Positions 25,822 through 38,931 of a DNA stretch of 64,000 bases are shown piece by piece. The stretch's first letter is position 1. Every line of letters starts with the position of its first letter. Source of the DNA: Somniosus microcephalus (lineage: Eukaryota). Where the stretch lies: NCBI GenBank assembly GCA_052327205.1, contig CM126203.1, positions 270,630,001 to 270,694,000 on the forward strand. The letters are read 5' to 3'. The notes beneath the pieces are model-generated. The model was given only the letters and a program-made list of their open reading frames with translations, was not told the origin of the DNA and searched no databases. The position numbers and the translations under genes are program-made.

Positions 25822-28800
25822 CCTGCATTTACAGTTTTTTACTTTTTGCCCCAGAATAATGTGTTTTTATTTTGTCATTGTTTCTCCATGTGCTCATATC
25901 CTTATGCTCCAAACATTTATCTGTTGTATCAGTGTCTGCACTTGAACCACTATTGAGCAGACCCTGTTCTGCATCATAACACTGTGCTTTTCTACCTCCA
26001 TCACTGTACACTCCTCCTTTCTGGGTCTGCTCTGTTGGCCACTCCCCTCTGCTGTACTAGTTTAAATCCGCCCCTCTGCAAGGACATTGGTACTGGTCTG
26101 CTTATACTCTTAAACCTTTCTTTGTCTGATGGAGGACTTTATCATTTGCAAGGATATATTTACAACACTGGTTGGGGTCCCTGAGACATTAGTTGTTTAA
26201 GGCAGTGAGTAGCTAAGTCATAAAGATAAGATACATTCCTTGGTTTATGGAGTATTAGCTGATCTCAGCTAAGCAATGGTAAAGGTGTTAAAATTGGCTT
26301 CAGAGTCCCTGGAAAGAGAAAAGTCTTGTGTTAACTAACTAACTAAATTGAAAAACAGCTCACACACCTGAGATTTAGTCAAGTCATATATACTCATATA
26401 CTCTCTTCTGTCTCCAAATGAATGAGATGACGCCTTCCCAATGAGCTAAACCATTGCTTTCCCAATGGTAGGGCAGTAACCAGTTCGAAAAAAAAGGAAG
26501 TACTATAATCTGCCTGAAATATTCCCGAGTCTTTCTGGTTTATTTAAATTATATATTATTTCTCCAGCACTAAATACTAATTGTTTCAATATACTGCAAG
26601 GTCATGAGGCTTGATTTTATGAGTTACTGTACTTGTAGGTTTCCAAAAGATTCAATTTCTCCAGGCCCCTGTTATATTTTTCTCAATATGTTGAAAAAAA
26701 TCTATTCTGAAAATTGACAATTGAAAAACTTGTAAAGCTTGTTGAAGTGTGGTTTTAATAACTGCATGTCATTATAATAGTATTCCATGCAAGTATACTT
26801 GAAGCTGAATGTTATTTCTAGTGGGCTGTCTGAACTTTTAATAGAATCCAACAGAAGAGCCAATAAATGAAGAGTGAACAAAAAGCACTCTTTTATAAGC
26901 ACTCAGACAATTTTACCTTTTATAAACAATATACATTTCAAACACTTCTGTGTAATTTCATAGTAATAGTTCAGATCAGCTAACAAGGCAAAATCATCAC
27001 ATACTCCTCTTCATGTATATTTGTTTCAGTTCTATTGCACTGATCTATTAACACATGGATTCTCCAGTTGACAATTCTTAGCTTTCTTGTTTGATCTCCT
27101 GTTGCAACTGGAAATATTTTGCCTAGTTTAATTTTCATATCCACCAGAACAGCCCATCACATTTTAATAGATTGCAGAGCCAATAATAGCTTTGCAATGC
27201 AATAGTTGAGTTTTGAAACCCTACCCAATTAATTAGTATCATGTGTGGTGGTTTGTGAAATCTGCATTTAATTTGTGAGTGAGCTAGTGGAAATAGTTTT
27301 AATCTTGAATCTCCTTAAGGAAGTTTTTTCAATTGAATTATGTGCAAGCTGTCCATCTGCCTCTAACTCACACCCACTGCTGCTGAAATTCTTATCCACA
27401 TCTTTGTCACCACCAGGCATGATTACTCCAGCACTCTCCTCACAAGTTCCATTATACGTAAATTGTAACTTGTACAGAACTATGCTGCCCATATTCTATC
27501 CTGCACAAAAATCAAGCTCCTCTGTCATCTGTGTTCAGTAGTCTCCCCATGCCCCAACAAATTTAATTCAAAAGCCTTGTCCTCATCTACTACTACCTTC
27601 ATGGTCTCACCTCTCCCTACCTCTACAACCACTTCCAATCCTATGTGCTAGCGTATGCCTTCTGCTCTTTTGCAGCCACTGCATTGTTTCCTACCAGTTG
27701 CTCCATTCAGAAGTCTTGGCTCCACACTCTGGATACTCTCCCCAAATGCCTCCATTTTTCTACCACTCTCGTTCCTTCAAAAACCATCTCACATTCTTTA
27801 ACCGTGTCTTTGATCACTTCTCTTAACCTAATCGTTCTCCCATTACTGCTCAGTATCTGATTAGTTAGCACTCAGTGAAGCACTGTGGGATGTTTCATTA
27901 TGTTGAAGGAACTATAAAAACACAAGCATTTTTTGTCAGCAGGATGCTTTCTTCCAACTTAGATAAGTTACATATTGAATTTTGAGTTTTCCAAACTGTT
28001 TAAAATTGTATTTAACTTTTACTAAATTAAAAACAATTATGTTTTTCTCTCACCCCAAAAATTACAGCTTTTTTCCAATTTGTGCCACTGTACTTTCAGA
28101 AACGTATTGAATTATTTTTAGATCAGTAAAGTTGTGTTGATTCAATAGTCAGTTTACTTAAAACACTTGGCTACTACAGGGCCGTCTTGTGTCATGACTG
28201 TGGAATGTCATTTGGGGTTATCCAGACAATTTTACTGCTGAGCTTCAGGACAAAAAGGTCATAGTTTCATTATAGAATTTTACTCAATAAATCACATGAA
28301 ATTATATTTAAGATGACTATTAGTTTTGAGCTGCTATACTAATTAAAACAAATATTAAGACTTCTGCTTAGACCAGCAGTAAAACATTTAATTGAAGATT
28401 ATTTTGGCTGCATTACAAGACGTATGCAGAAATGAATATATTAGGCACTATTTGTCATAATACAAAGTTTAATCAAGGCAGTGCTGATTAATCAAATGAT
28501 TAAATTCAATTGGAAGAAAGTAGAAACCTATTCCAGTGTTAATGGGCCTGACAATATAATAAAGGTGCATCACTGAACAAGCTCACATCAAATAGGAATT
28601 ATTGCTAACCATCTGCATGCTGCTGTCATTGACAAAATGCTTTAACATATTTTTGGTCTCGTTTGCTGGCTGGGTAAATGCCACACATTGGGAAGAACTT
28701 CGCCCCCTCTCCATCCTCAAACTAAACTAAGACTTGCTTGTACTTCCAAGTTAACCAAGCTCAAATTGCAGACTACTGTGTTGTCATAAAACATTTACAG

Positions 28801-29359
28801 AATCCATATGTATGTAAATACTGGTATAAATAGGGGGTGCTGTTAAGAGTAAGGTTGAGGCAGTCATGGGGATTTTACTCTTGTATGCAGGTTCTGCAAT
28901 ATGATATCAAGCTGACAAAGCAGTGCAAAATGTTCCTTTCCCAAAAACACAAATACTTGTATGTTGATATGCAAAAGTAGTATTCCAAATGCACCACTGG
29001 CTCAAACTTAATTCTGACTTGCAGTAAAAGTTTTATACATTTTAAATAAAGTTTGAATTCTATTAATTACTTTTCAGTATTGTAGATCAAAAGCGTAGAT
29101 AATCATCCCTCCCCTTAAAAACAGTCAACGCACCATTAATTTTGTACATAACACGGTAGAAGCTGAAAAAGGGATGACATCTGTTTGACTTTTGATAGTT
29201 AATAAATCAGGCTATACCACAAACCAAAAAGAAATACATTTTAGAAAATGGATGAGGGTATAATGAAGGGCATGTAACCTTCTTAATGCAGCTCCATCTC
29301 AAGATATTAATTTAATTTTGCTTTTTCCTCAAAGTGCTCTTTGCTTAAAGTAAAGCAAG

Positions 29360-30121
29360 AATAACAACAACAACTTATATTTATATGGTGCCTTTAACGT
29401 AGTAAAACATCCCAAGGCGCTGCACAGGAGTATTATAAGACAAAAATTTTGACACCAAGCCACCTAAGGAGAAATTAGGACAGATGACCAAAAGCTTGGT
29501 CAAAGAGGTAGGTTTTAAGGAGCGTCTTAAAGGAGGAAAGAGAGGTAGAGAGATGGAGAGGTTTAGGGAGGGAATTCCAGAGCTTAGGGCCTAGTCAACA
29601 GAAGGCACGGCCACCAGTGGTTGAGCGATTATAATCAGGGATGCTCAAGAGGGCAGAATTAGAGGAGCGCAGATATCTCGGGGGGGTGGGGGGGTGGTTG
29701 TGGGGCTGAAGGAGGTTACAAAGATAGGGAGGGGCGAGGCCATGGAGGGATTTGAAAACAAGAATGAGAATTTTGAAATCGAGTCGTTGCTTAACCAGGA
29801 GCCAATGTAGGTCAGCGAGCACAGGGGTGATGGGTGAACGGGACTTGGTGCGAGTTAGGACACAGGCAGCCAAATTTTGGATGACCTCAAGTTTACGTAG
29901 GGTAGAACGTGGGAGGCCAGCCAGGAGTGCATTGGAATAGTCAAGTCTAGAGGTAACAAAGTCATGGATGAGCTGAGGCAGGGGTGGAGACAGACGATGT
30001 TACGGAGGTGGAAATAGGCGGTCTTAGTTATGCCGCAGATATGTGGTTGGAAGCTCATTTTTGGGTCAAATATTACACCAAGGTTGCAAACAGTGTGGTT
30101 CAGCCTCAGACAGATGTTAGG
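29360..30121 (-). mobile_element. L2-clade LINE 3' portion
   Basis: PITPVLADLHWL...RLDFKIL, YLRSS; (GTT)n tail. Confidence 0.88.
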
Positions 30122-31232
30122 GATAATAATTCTGATAACAATTTGTATACTTAATGTTTTTTTCAGAATATTGACCAATATTCATATTAGGGATGGGCAA
30201 TAAATGCTGGCCTTGCCAGCAACGCCCACATCGCATAAACGAATAAAAAATAAATAAAACAGCGATGATTTGAAAGCAATTCAAGCTTCCTTTAAAAATT
30301 ATAAATTTCAATTTAGTTTATTCAGAAACAAATTCCTGTGTCCAATATTCTGAATCAGTGCTGTGAGAAACGTTTTTGAAAGTTGACAGGAGTTCCTGAA
30401 TCTGTTTTTATTTAAGTGGGAGCATTCACATTTCCCCATGTGAATGGAGAGTGAATAGCTTGACTTCCCTGCTTGTTTTGACGTTATGACAAAAAGACAT
30501 TTTAGTAATGTGGAGTTTTGAACCTGAACTGCACGTTACAGTTTGGTGTAATAGCATCAGGTACAGAGAGTTTCCACTTCCAATATTCCAGTGGAATTGT
30601 AGTCAAACTGTGAGTAAGATTCCTTTGCTGTGATGTGCCCTAAACGAACACTCATCATTAAAGACTAAAAAAGCTTCTGTGATTGCTAAGTGGGTAGATG
30701 TACTGTCTGGTGTGTAACTGAGGCACAAAGACCAGGAAAGTTCCTGGTTCAATGCCAGGTCTGTGCTGAATTGGGCGAAAAATTTAGTTCACCACCTGTT
30801 GCTAACCAGTGACGTCTGCCAATAAGCCCATGTGTGTGGACATCGGTTGAAGTTAGAACTGGGTTTGAATGTGATGTTCCTATGACCGAAGAGCTTGCTG
30901 TCCATGAGCAAGATGTTAGAAAGTTTCTTGCACAATTGAACCATACCCTACAGCATGAGCCTTCAGGATAGAAGGGGAGAAAATGTATGGGTGGGGGAAG
31001 GGCAGAAAGACAATACATTCTTATCTACTGAGCCACTGGGAAAGCCTTCATTGATGTTTTTAATTGTACAGACAATTTATCATATAAGCCTTCAGGGATC
31101 CTCTGGGGTTTAGGTCTTGGAGAACAAATGTAAAATTTAATGTAGAGAATATAAATGAGCAATCTCTTTTGATACCATAAGGAACCTAGTTCCTGAAAAA
31201 CCTCCAGAACCCTCAGATAATGGCTATTATTT

Positions 31233-31700
31233 GTGTCAGCTGTGGCTCAGTGGGTAGCACGCTCACCTCTGAGTGAGAAGTTTGTGGGTTCAAGTCCCAC
31301 TCCAGAGACTAGAGCACAAAAATCTAGGCTGACACTCGAGTGCAGTACTGAGGGAGTGCTGCACTGTCAGAGGTGCCATCTTTCGGATGAGACGTTACGA
31401 GGCCCCGTCTGTTCTCTCAGGTGGACGTAAAAGATCCCATGGCACTATTTCGAAGAAGAGCAGGAGAGTTATCCCTGGTGCCCTGGCCAATATTTATCCC
31501 TCAATCAACATAACAAAAACAGATTATCTGGTCGTTATCACATTGCTGTTTGTGGGAGCTTGCTGTGCACAAATTGGCTGCTGCGTTACCTACATTACAA
31601 CAGTGACGACGTTTCAAAAGCACGTCATTGGCTGTAAAGTGCTTTGGGACGTCCAGTGGATGTGAAAGGCACTATGTAAATGCAAGTCTTTCTTTTTTTT
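31233..31700 (+). mobile_element. Full-length Deu-domain tRNA-derived SINE (SacSINE1-like)
   Basis: A box TGGCTCAGTGG (31243), B box GGTTCAAGTCC (31287), Deu core, L2-like tail ending TGCAAGTCTTTCTTTT. Confidence 0.85.
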
Positions 31701-32244
31701 AAATACTTGAGCCTGTAACAACCCCAGTTGTAGATAAATTACAGAACGGTGAGATTGTTCACACTTTCACTAAGAGGTACGCACAAAATGCTCCAACAGT
31801 AACTTTGTGTTCCTTTTAACTATGTGCATAATCCAGAACCCACAAACGAGTCATGAAAGTTTACTTCATCAGTGAAAAATCAACTGAGTCACACAATTAT
31901 TTTGCAGATGTTAATCCTATGTATTGCTGGGCTTGGGCTTTAAAATAAAGGAATTTTTCCCAAAGATCTTTTATTTTTACTGGTGAGAACAGGACCTTTG
32001 AGAACCATGAAAATAGCAGTAATGCTTAAGAATGAATCAAATTTATAATGAGTAGAAATGGAAAATTCCAAACTGAACTTCACCACACACTTTGGAACAC
32101 TAGAAAGATAGTTTCTGAATGAACAATTGACAGTTGTTCTTTTACCAAAAGGAAGAATGGTTTCTGTTGTCAAAAAACTTCATGTTGTTAACTACCTAAA
32201 GAAACACATTCAAGAATTTAATATGAATTTGCATTTTTCAACAG

Positions 32245-32421
32245 CTTTACCTACAGGCACGAATGGTAGGTGATTGGTCCAGACTGCTGCGTCCAACACT
32301 TCAGTTTGGCTTAATTGCATCTTCAATTTATGTGGGTCTTTCACGTGTGTCTGATTACAAACACCACTGGAGTGATGTGTTGACTGGACTCATCGAGGGA
32401 GCTATTGTAGCCATACTAGTT
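32245..32421 (+). CDS. PLPP1: PLPP1 coding exon 5 (177 bp) with motif C3 ([12 protein letters not shown])
   Basis: caacag/gtaagt boundaries. [59 protein letters not shown]. Confidence 0.97.
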
Positions 32422-32480
32422 GTAAGTAGAAACAAGTTCTTCATTTACTCCTTTGTCATCATTGAACACATCTTATCATT

Positions 32481-32611
32481 AAAGCAAAATACTGTGGATG
32501 CTGAAAATCTGAAATAAAAACACAAAATGCTAGAAACACTCAGCAGGTCAGGCAGCATCTTGGAGAGAGAAACAGAGTTAAAGTTTCAGGTTGATGACCC
32601 TTCATCAGAAC
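32481..32611 (-). mobile_element. Penelope-type ~130-bp terminal unit with a slightly degenerate hammerhead
   Basis: Same sequence as the 39701 arm; ends at CAGAAC. Confidence 0.75.
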
Positions 32612-33708
32612 CATATATGTGGAACTAGTGAACTTTTTTTTTGCAGAATTAACTTTCAAGTGAATAGATAGCTTACAGAAAAATCAAACTTTTAGCCAGT
32701 AAAATTTACATCATGCACCTAAACACATTTGTAAATATCAACTTGGCTTCAACCACAAGGCACACGTGACCATTATCAGGTACATTCATCCACAATGCTA
32801 ACAAGTAATTATTTACTGCTTCAAATATTGGCTTATATACTATTTGCTGAAATGCTACAATTTACACACAAAAGAACATTTAGTCTCGAGCCTACTCAAC
32901 ATTTTTGTTTGCCAAGACAGCTTTACTTTTTAAGTCATGTTTCCCTGACTATTCTCAATATCCCTTAATACCTTTACTTCCAAATAAGTATCAATCTCCC
33001 TATTAAACACGAAGTGAATTTGGTGTGGGTCCATGTATTTCACATTCTCACAACCCTTTGAAGAATTTTTTTTTCTGGATTCAGTTTTCACCAGCTTAGC
33101 TCAAATTCTAAAATTAAGTCTTGTTGGTCTGGATACCCCTATTAGAAGGAAGAGTCACTCCCTATCTAGGTTGTTAACTCTTCATTATTTTAAACTTCTC
33201 AATTAAATCATTCCTTCAACTCATTTTCAGGAAATAGAACTCAAGTTCACCCAGTTTCTCATAATAGCATCCCTTCATTCCAAGCATTATCCTGATGATT
33301 CATTGACCTGACTTCTTTCAATGCAGATGGAGCATCCAAAACTGGAAAAATTCCAAATAAACAAATAAAAATTGATATAAAAAGCATGTGGGATGTAAGT
33401 CCACTGGAAAATTAATTTACCACATAGATGAACAGACTTATAATGAGATTACCATTTACATATGGTAAAAGTATGACTCCTTACCTTCCATTATTTAGCC
33501 ACAAAAAGTAGGATTGTGCATCAAAGAGGATAGAAAAAATATAATAAATCACTTAATCCCTACCTAAGCATTGACTCAGTAATATTCTGACAACACCTTT
33601 AAATGGCCAGGTGAGAACTGAAATAGTTGAATCTGGAGGTGGTAAACGCATGGATGAGAGTTTCAGCAGCAGATGGGCTGAGGCAGGCGGGGAGGTGAAT
33701 GACAGTGC

Positions 33709-36108
33709 CATAGAGTTATACAGCACAGAAAGAGGCCCTTCGGCCCATCGCGTCCGCGCCGGCCATCAAGCCCTGTCTAATCTAATCCCATTTTCCAGCA
33801 TTTGGTCCATAGCCTTGTATGCTATGGCATTTCAAGTGCTCATCCAAATGCTTCTTGAATGTTGTGAGGGTTCCTGCCTCTACCACCCTTTCAGGCAGTG
33901 AGTTCCAGATTCCAACTACCCTCTGGGTGAAAAAGTTTTTCCTCAAATCCCCTCTAAACCTCCTGCCCCTTACCTTGAATCTATGCCCCCTTGTTATTTA
34001 CCCCTCTACTAAGGGGAAAAGTTCCTATCTACCCTATCTATGCCCCTCATAATTTTGTACACCTCAATCAGGTCCCCCCTCAGCTTTCTCTGCTCCAAGG
34101 AAAACAACTCCAGCCTGTCCAGTCTTTCTTCATAGCTGAAGCGCTCCAGCCCAGGTAACATCCTGGTAAATCTCCTCTGCACCCTCTCCAAAGCAATCAC
34201 ATCCTTCCTATAGTGTGGCGACCAGAACTGCACACAGTACTCCAGCTGTGGCCTTACCAGCGTTTTGTACAGCTCCATCATAACCCTGCTCTTATATTCT
34301 ATGCCTCGGCTAATGAAGGCATGTATCCCATATGCCTTTTTAACCACCTTATCCACCTGTTCTGCTGCCTTCAGGGATCTATGTACATGCACACCAAGGT
34401 CCCTCTGATCCTCTGTCTTTCCTAGGGGCTTACCATTCATTGTGTATTCCCTTGCCTTGTTAGTCCGTCCAAAATGCATCACCTCACACTTTTCAGGGTT
34501 AAATTCCATTTGCCACTGTTCCGCCCATCTGACCAACCCATCTATATCGTCCTGTAGCCTGAGGCTTCCCTCCTCGCTATTTACCACCCCACCAATTTTC
34601 GTGTCATCTGCAAACTTACTGATCATACCTTTTACATTCACATCCAAATCATTAATGTAGACCACAAACAGCAAGGGACCCAGCACCGATCCCTGCGGTA
34701 CACTGGACACAGGCTTCCAGTCACAAAAACAACCTTTCACCATCACCCTCTGCCTTCTGCCACTAAGCCAGTTTTGGATCCAATGTGCCAAGGCACCCTG
34801 GATCCCATGGGCTCTTACCTTCCTGACCAGTCTCCTATGCAGGATTTTATCAAAAGCCTTACTGAAATCCATGTAAACCACATCCACTGCACTACCCTCA
34901 TCCACACACCTAGTCACGCCCTTGAAAAATTCAATCAAATTGGTCAGACATGATCTTCCCTTGACAAAGCTATGCTGGCTATCCCTAATTAATCCTTGCC
35001 TCTCCAAGTGGAGACTAATTCTGTCTCTCAGAATTTTTTCCAATAATTTCCCTACCACTGATGTTAGGCTCACTGGCCTGTAAATTCCGTGGTTTATCCC
35101 TACTACCCTTCTTGAATAATGGTACTACGTTAGCTGTTCTCCAGTCCTCTGGCACATCCCCTGTGGCCAGAGAGGTTCTGAAAATTTGTGTCAGAGCCCC
35201 TGCAATCTCCTCCTTTGCCTCACATAGTAGCCTGGGATACATCTCGTCCGGGCCTGGGGATTTATCCACTTTTAAGCCTGCTAAAACCGCTAGTACCTCC
35301 TCCCTCTCGATGCTAATATGTTCAAGTATATCACAGTCCCCCTGCCCGATTTCTATGTCCACATCGTCCTTCTCCATAGTGAACACAGATGCAAAAAATT
35401 CATTTAAAACCCCACCTACATCTTCTGGCTCTACACACAGCTTGCTGCTTTGGTCCCTAATGGGCCCTACTCTTTCCCTAGTTATCTTCTTGCCCTTAAT
35501 ATACTTATAAAACACCGTAGGATTTTCCTTTATATTGCTCGCCAGTGTTATTTCATGGCCCCTCCTCGCTCTCCTAATTTCTTTTTTAAGTATCCCCCTG
35601 CACTTTTTATACTCCTCTAGGGCTTCCTCTGTATTTAGTCCTTTGTATCTGCCAAAAGCCCCTTTTTTCCTAATCCATTCTCGTATATCTCTTGACATCC
35701 AAGGTTCCCTGGGCTTGTTGGTCCCACCCTTGACCTTTATGGGAACATGTTGCCATTGTACTCTCTCAATTTCCTTTCTGAAAGACTCCCATTGCTCCGA
35801 TGTGGATTTTCCTTCAAGTAGCTGATCCCAGTCCACATTGGCCAGATCCTGCCTTATCATATTAAAATCGGCCTTCCCCCAATTTAGAACCTTTATTTCC
35901 GGTCCATCCTTGTCCTTTTCCATGACTACCTTAAATCTCACCGAATTATGGTCACTGTCACCAAAGTGCCCACCTACTAACACATCTACCACTTGCCCGG
36001 CCACATTCCCTAGAATTAGGTCCAGTACCGCCCCCTCTCTTGTAGGACTTTCTACATGCTGGCTCAAAAAGCTCTCCTGGATGCACTTTAAGAATTCTGC
36101 ACCCTCTA
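33709..36108 (-). mobile_element. CR1 LINE, 2.4 kb, RT domain with few frameshifts
   Basis: ORFs 35015-36268 and 34009-35073: KSPGPD, WRTANVVPLFKKG, DFSKAFD, PQGSVLGP, FADD. Confidence 0.95.
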
Positions 36109-36274
36109 GTGGAGAGGAAAGTGACATTATAGAGGTGGTGTTTGTGATGGAGAGGATATGGAATCTGAAGCTCAGCTCGGGCTGGAATAAGATGCCAAAG
36201 TTCAACCTGAGATAGTGGCTAGTGTATGAAATTGGTGGCAATAGTACAGAGTTTGTAGCAGGCCCCAAGACAAT

Positions 36275-37464
36275 GGCCCTGATTTTGCGGTGGAAATAAC
36301 GGTGAGGCTAACAGTGCTCACTGTTATTAAAGTAAATCGGACAGCAACTTCCGGCGACCGCACATGCGCAGTTAAACGTGGAAATCAAGAACATAAGAAT
36401 TAGGAGCAGGACTAGGCCATACAGCCCCCTCGAACTGGCTTCGCCATTTAATAAGATCATGGCCGATCTTCAACCTCATCTTCACTTTCCCGCCCAATCC
36501 CCATATCCCTCAATTCCCCTAGAGTCCAAAAATCTATTGATCTTAGCCTTGAATATACTCAATGGTTCAGGATCCACAGCCTTTTGGGGTAGAGAATTTA
36601 AAATTTTCACAACCCTCCGAGTGAAGTAATTCCTCCTCATCTCAGTCTTAAATGGCCGACCCCTTATCCTGAGACTATGCTCCGTAGTTCTAGACTCTGC
36701 AGCCAGGGGAAACAACCTCTCAGCACCTACCCTGTCAATCTCCCTATGAATCTTATGTTACAATGAGATCACCTTTCATTCTTCTAAACTCCAGAGTATA
36801 GGCCCACTCTACTCAATCAGAAATTGCTGTCTGAAATGGCCCTGCTCCTCCAGAAGCTTCAGTATAACAGTATCTCACTGAGAGACTCGACATTGAAACA
36901 CATAGAACAGTGTGAAGTTGCTGTCCTTACATGGTTGATGCAGACTAAACTCACTAGAAAAATTGATGGCTTGTCCATTCCAGTGTAAATAATGTTAATG
37001 CTGTGATAAGTCTTAATTACTGCTAATTCTCTGGCACTGAAAATTAACTTTTATAAGAGTGGAGTCTCATTCCTTCAGATTTTAATTATTGTTGGGAGAT
37101 TTTGAAAAAAAAAAATATTTTTGAAACTTTCTTTTTGTCCCTTTTATCTCTCTCAATCCAATCGTTTTTTTCTCTCTTTTGCTTTCTGTACACGAGTTGG
37201 CATTTAATTAAATATTCGAACTTACAATTTCTGGTTCAGAGTCTGCACTGCTCAGTAACAATTCTGCAATCTGATTGGGTAAGGAGATACAGTTTCTTTC
37301 CCTGTTCACCCAGTTCCCAGATTCCCAGTAGAGGGAGCTGAACCAAAATGGCTATCTAATCACAGCAAGTTCCAGTGCAAATTACCACAGAAAGTCTGTG
37401 GGCAAGCATAAGTGTAATGAATGGCTGGTGGGGTTAGTTCACTGCTGACTGCAAAATCCAGTCC
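36275..37464. mobile_element. Older Harbinger-like non-autonomous element inside an L2 fragment, itself interrupted by a CR1 tail
   Basis: Imperfect TIRs GGCCCTGATTTTGCGGT / ACTGCAAAATCCAGTCC, TSD AAT. The flanks rejoin as L2 sequence. Confidence 0.7.
36387..36818 (-). mobile_element. CR1 LINE 3' end nested in a Harbinger-like element
   Basis: Same tail family as 808-1080; AATCA at both junctions. Confidence 0.85.
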
Positions 37465-38192
37465 AATGGTTTTGGTCTTCCTGAACTAGCAAAAAATTGT
37501 GGCTCATCCAAGATTGGATGTCGGACAAGCAATCTGACAGCAGAGGCACAGGACTGAGAGGTGGTGGAGACAGAGCTGGGTGTTGTCAGCATACATGTAC
37601 AAGCTGATCCCATGTCTTTGGATGATTTCACTAGGGGCAGCATTTAGATCCTCGAGAGCACTCCTGAGGTAACGATGCAGGGCTGGGAGAGAAGCCATTG
37701 CTGAAGATGCTTTGTTACAGTTTGTTAGGCGAGTGTGGAACCAAGTGAGGGCAGTCCCACTTAGCTGGACAATGGAGGAGAGGCTTTGAAGAGAATGAAC
37801 CATGAAGTTTACTAATCCTGTGACCTGAAATAAATTCAGAGCAAATGAAAAGTTATACCAAAAAACCATAGGCATACTGTTTAAAATGGTTTAATTTTCC
37901 AGGAAGAGCTTCTGTACTGCTACTATTGAATTTTAATCTTATTCCAATACTTTGACTTTTCTTCCAAAGTGTAACATTTGAAAAGATGTATTACAATCCC
38001 CTCCCTGGAGGCATTCCCAGATTGCATTTTACCTAAGATAGCAAATTATTGATGTAAAGAGAATGGAAAGGCAATTTGAATGGGAATTTGATCACAATCA
38101 TCCAATCCTCCTGCTTCTCCCTGCCCCCTGTGCAACAATCAGGTATAAACTGGCTGCAAATATTAGTCTAATAGTACATCCTTTTTTATCAG

Positions 38193-38318
38193 GTGATGTT
38201 TGTGTCAGACTTTTTCAAAGAGAGAGTGTCCAGAATTTCACCAAAAGATGAGGAAAATTCACATACAACTCTACATGAGACACATGGAAACCATTGTGGC
38301 AGGAATCATGAGCAATAA
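38193..38318 (+). CDS. PLPP1: PLPP1 terminal coding exon 6: VMFVSDFFKERVSRISPKDEENSHTTLHETHGNHCGRNHEQ*
   Basis: tttatcag acceptor. VSDFFKER and SHTTLHET match the recalled PLPP1 C-terminus. TAA at 38316-38318. Confidence 0.94.
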   Translation: MMFVSDFFKERVSRISPKDEENSHTTLHETHGNHCGRNHEQ

Positions 38319-38608
38319 AAGGTCGCGGGCATTAGTGAATGTAAATCTGTCTGATTATATAACTACTAAAACATATTTCCATGATAAATACCTAGTCACT
38401 CAAGTAGCTAACCGCCTATATGGATAAGCACCTGCTGTTATACCCTTTGAATCCACTTCACTTTGTATATATTAAAATACCTAAATAACAGCAATTACAT
38501 TTTGTTTATAATTACAATTTTTTTAATTTGTACTGTTACCTTCTCTTATAAAAAACTTTTATCATTAAAATGATGTGAAAGTCATACATTAGTCCAAAAT
38601 GTAAAATG

Positions 38609-38758
38609 TTTATTAAAATAACATGGTGAAGTTTTTTATGTACAGTTTCAGCTGTTGGAAGCTTGCTTGATGGTGCTCAAGTTCCACGATACATAAATTC
38701 AATGGAAAATAAAAAATTATACAAAAGTCTGGCAATGCTCATCTGTTGACTGTTTATT
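38609..38758. terminator. Candidate poly(A) signals for both convergent genes
   Basis: TTTATTAAA at 38609-38617 reads AATAAA on - and ATTAAA on +. Also AATAAA on + at 38708-38713 and on - at 38753-38758. Confidence 0.5.
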
Positions 38759-38878
38759 CCTCAACCAAAGAAGTATCTCCATGAAAATCTTCTGCCTCAA
38801 CGTTGCTGAATATTTCAAAACTTGTGTTGAATGTTTGATTTCAGCCAGAAAGTAGATGGCATTTGTGCTGCTTCAAAA

Positions 38879-38931
38879 TTATAAGTAAAGACTTGCAGCA
38901 AATACAATATCTCTTTTGATCTTGGTTATGC
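38879..38931 (-). CDS. MTREX: MTREX terminal coding exon: (G)ITKIKRDIVFAASLYL*
   Basis: ttttcag acceptor on -. KRDIVFAASLYL is the conserved Mtr4/Ski2-family C-terminus. TAA at 38881-38879. Confidence 0.96.

Noticed and set aside
31233-31305. tRNA gene
   Set aside because: A and B boxes continue directly into a SINE body and tail; no complete cloverleaf is evident.
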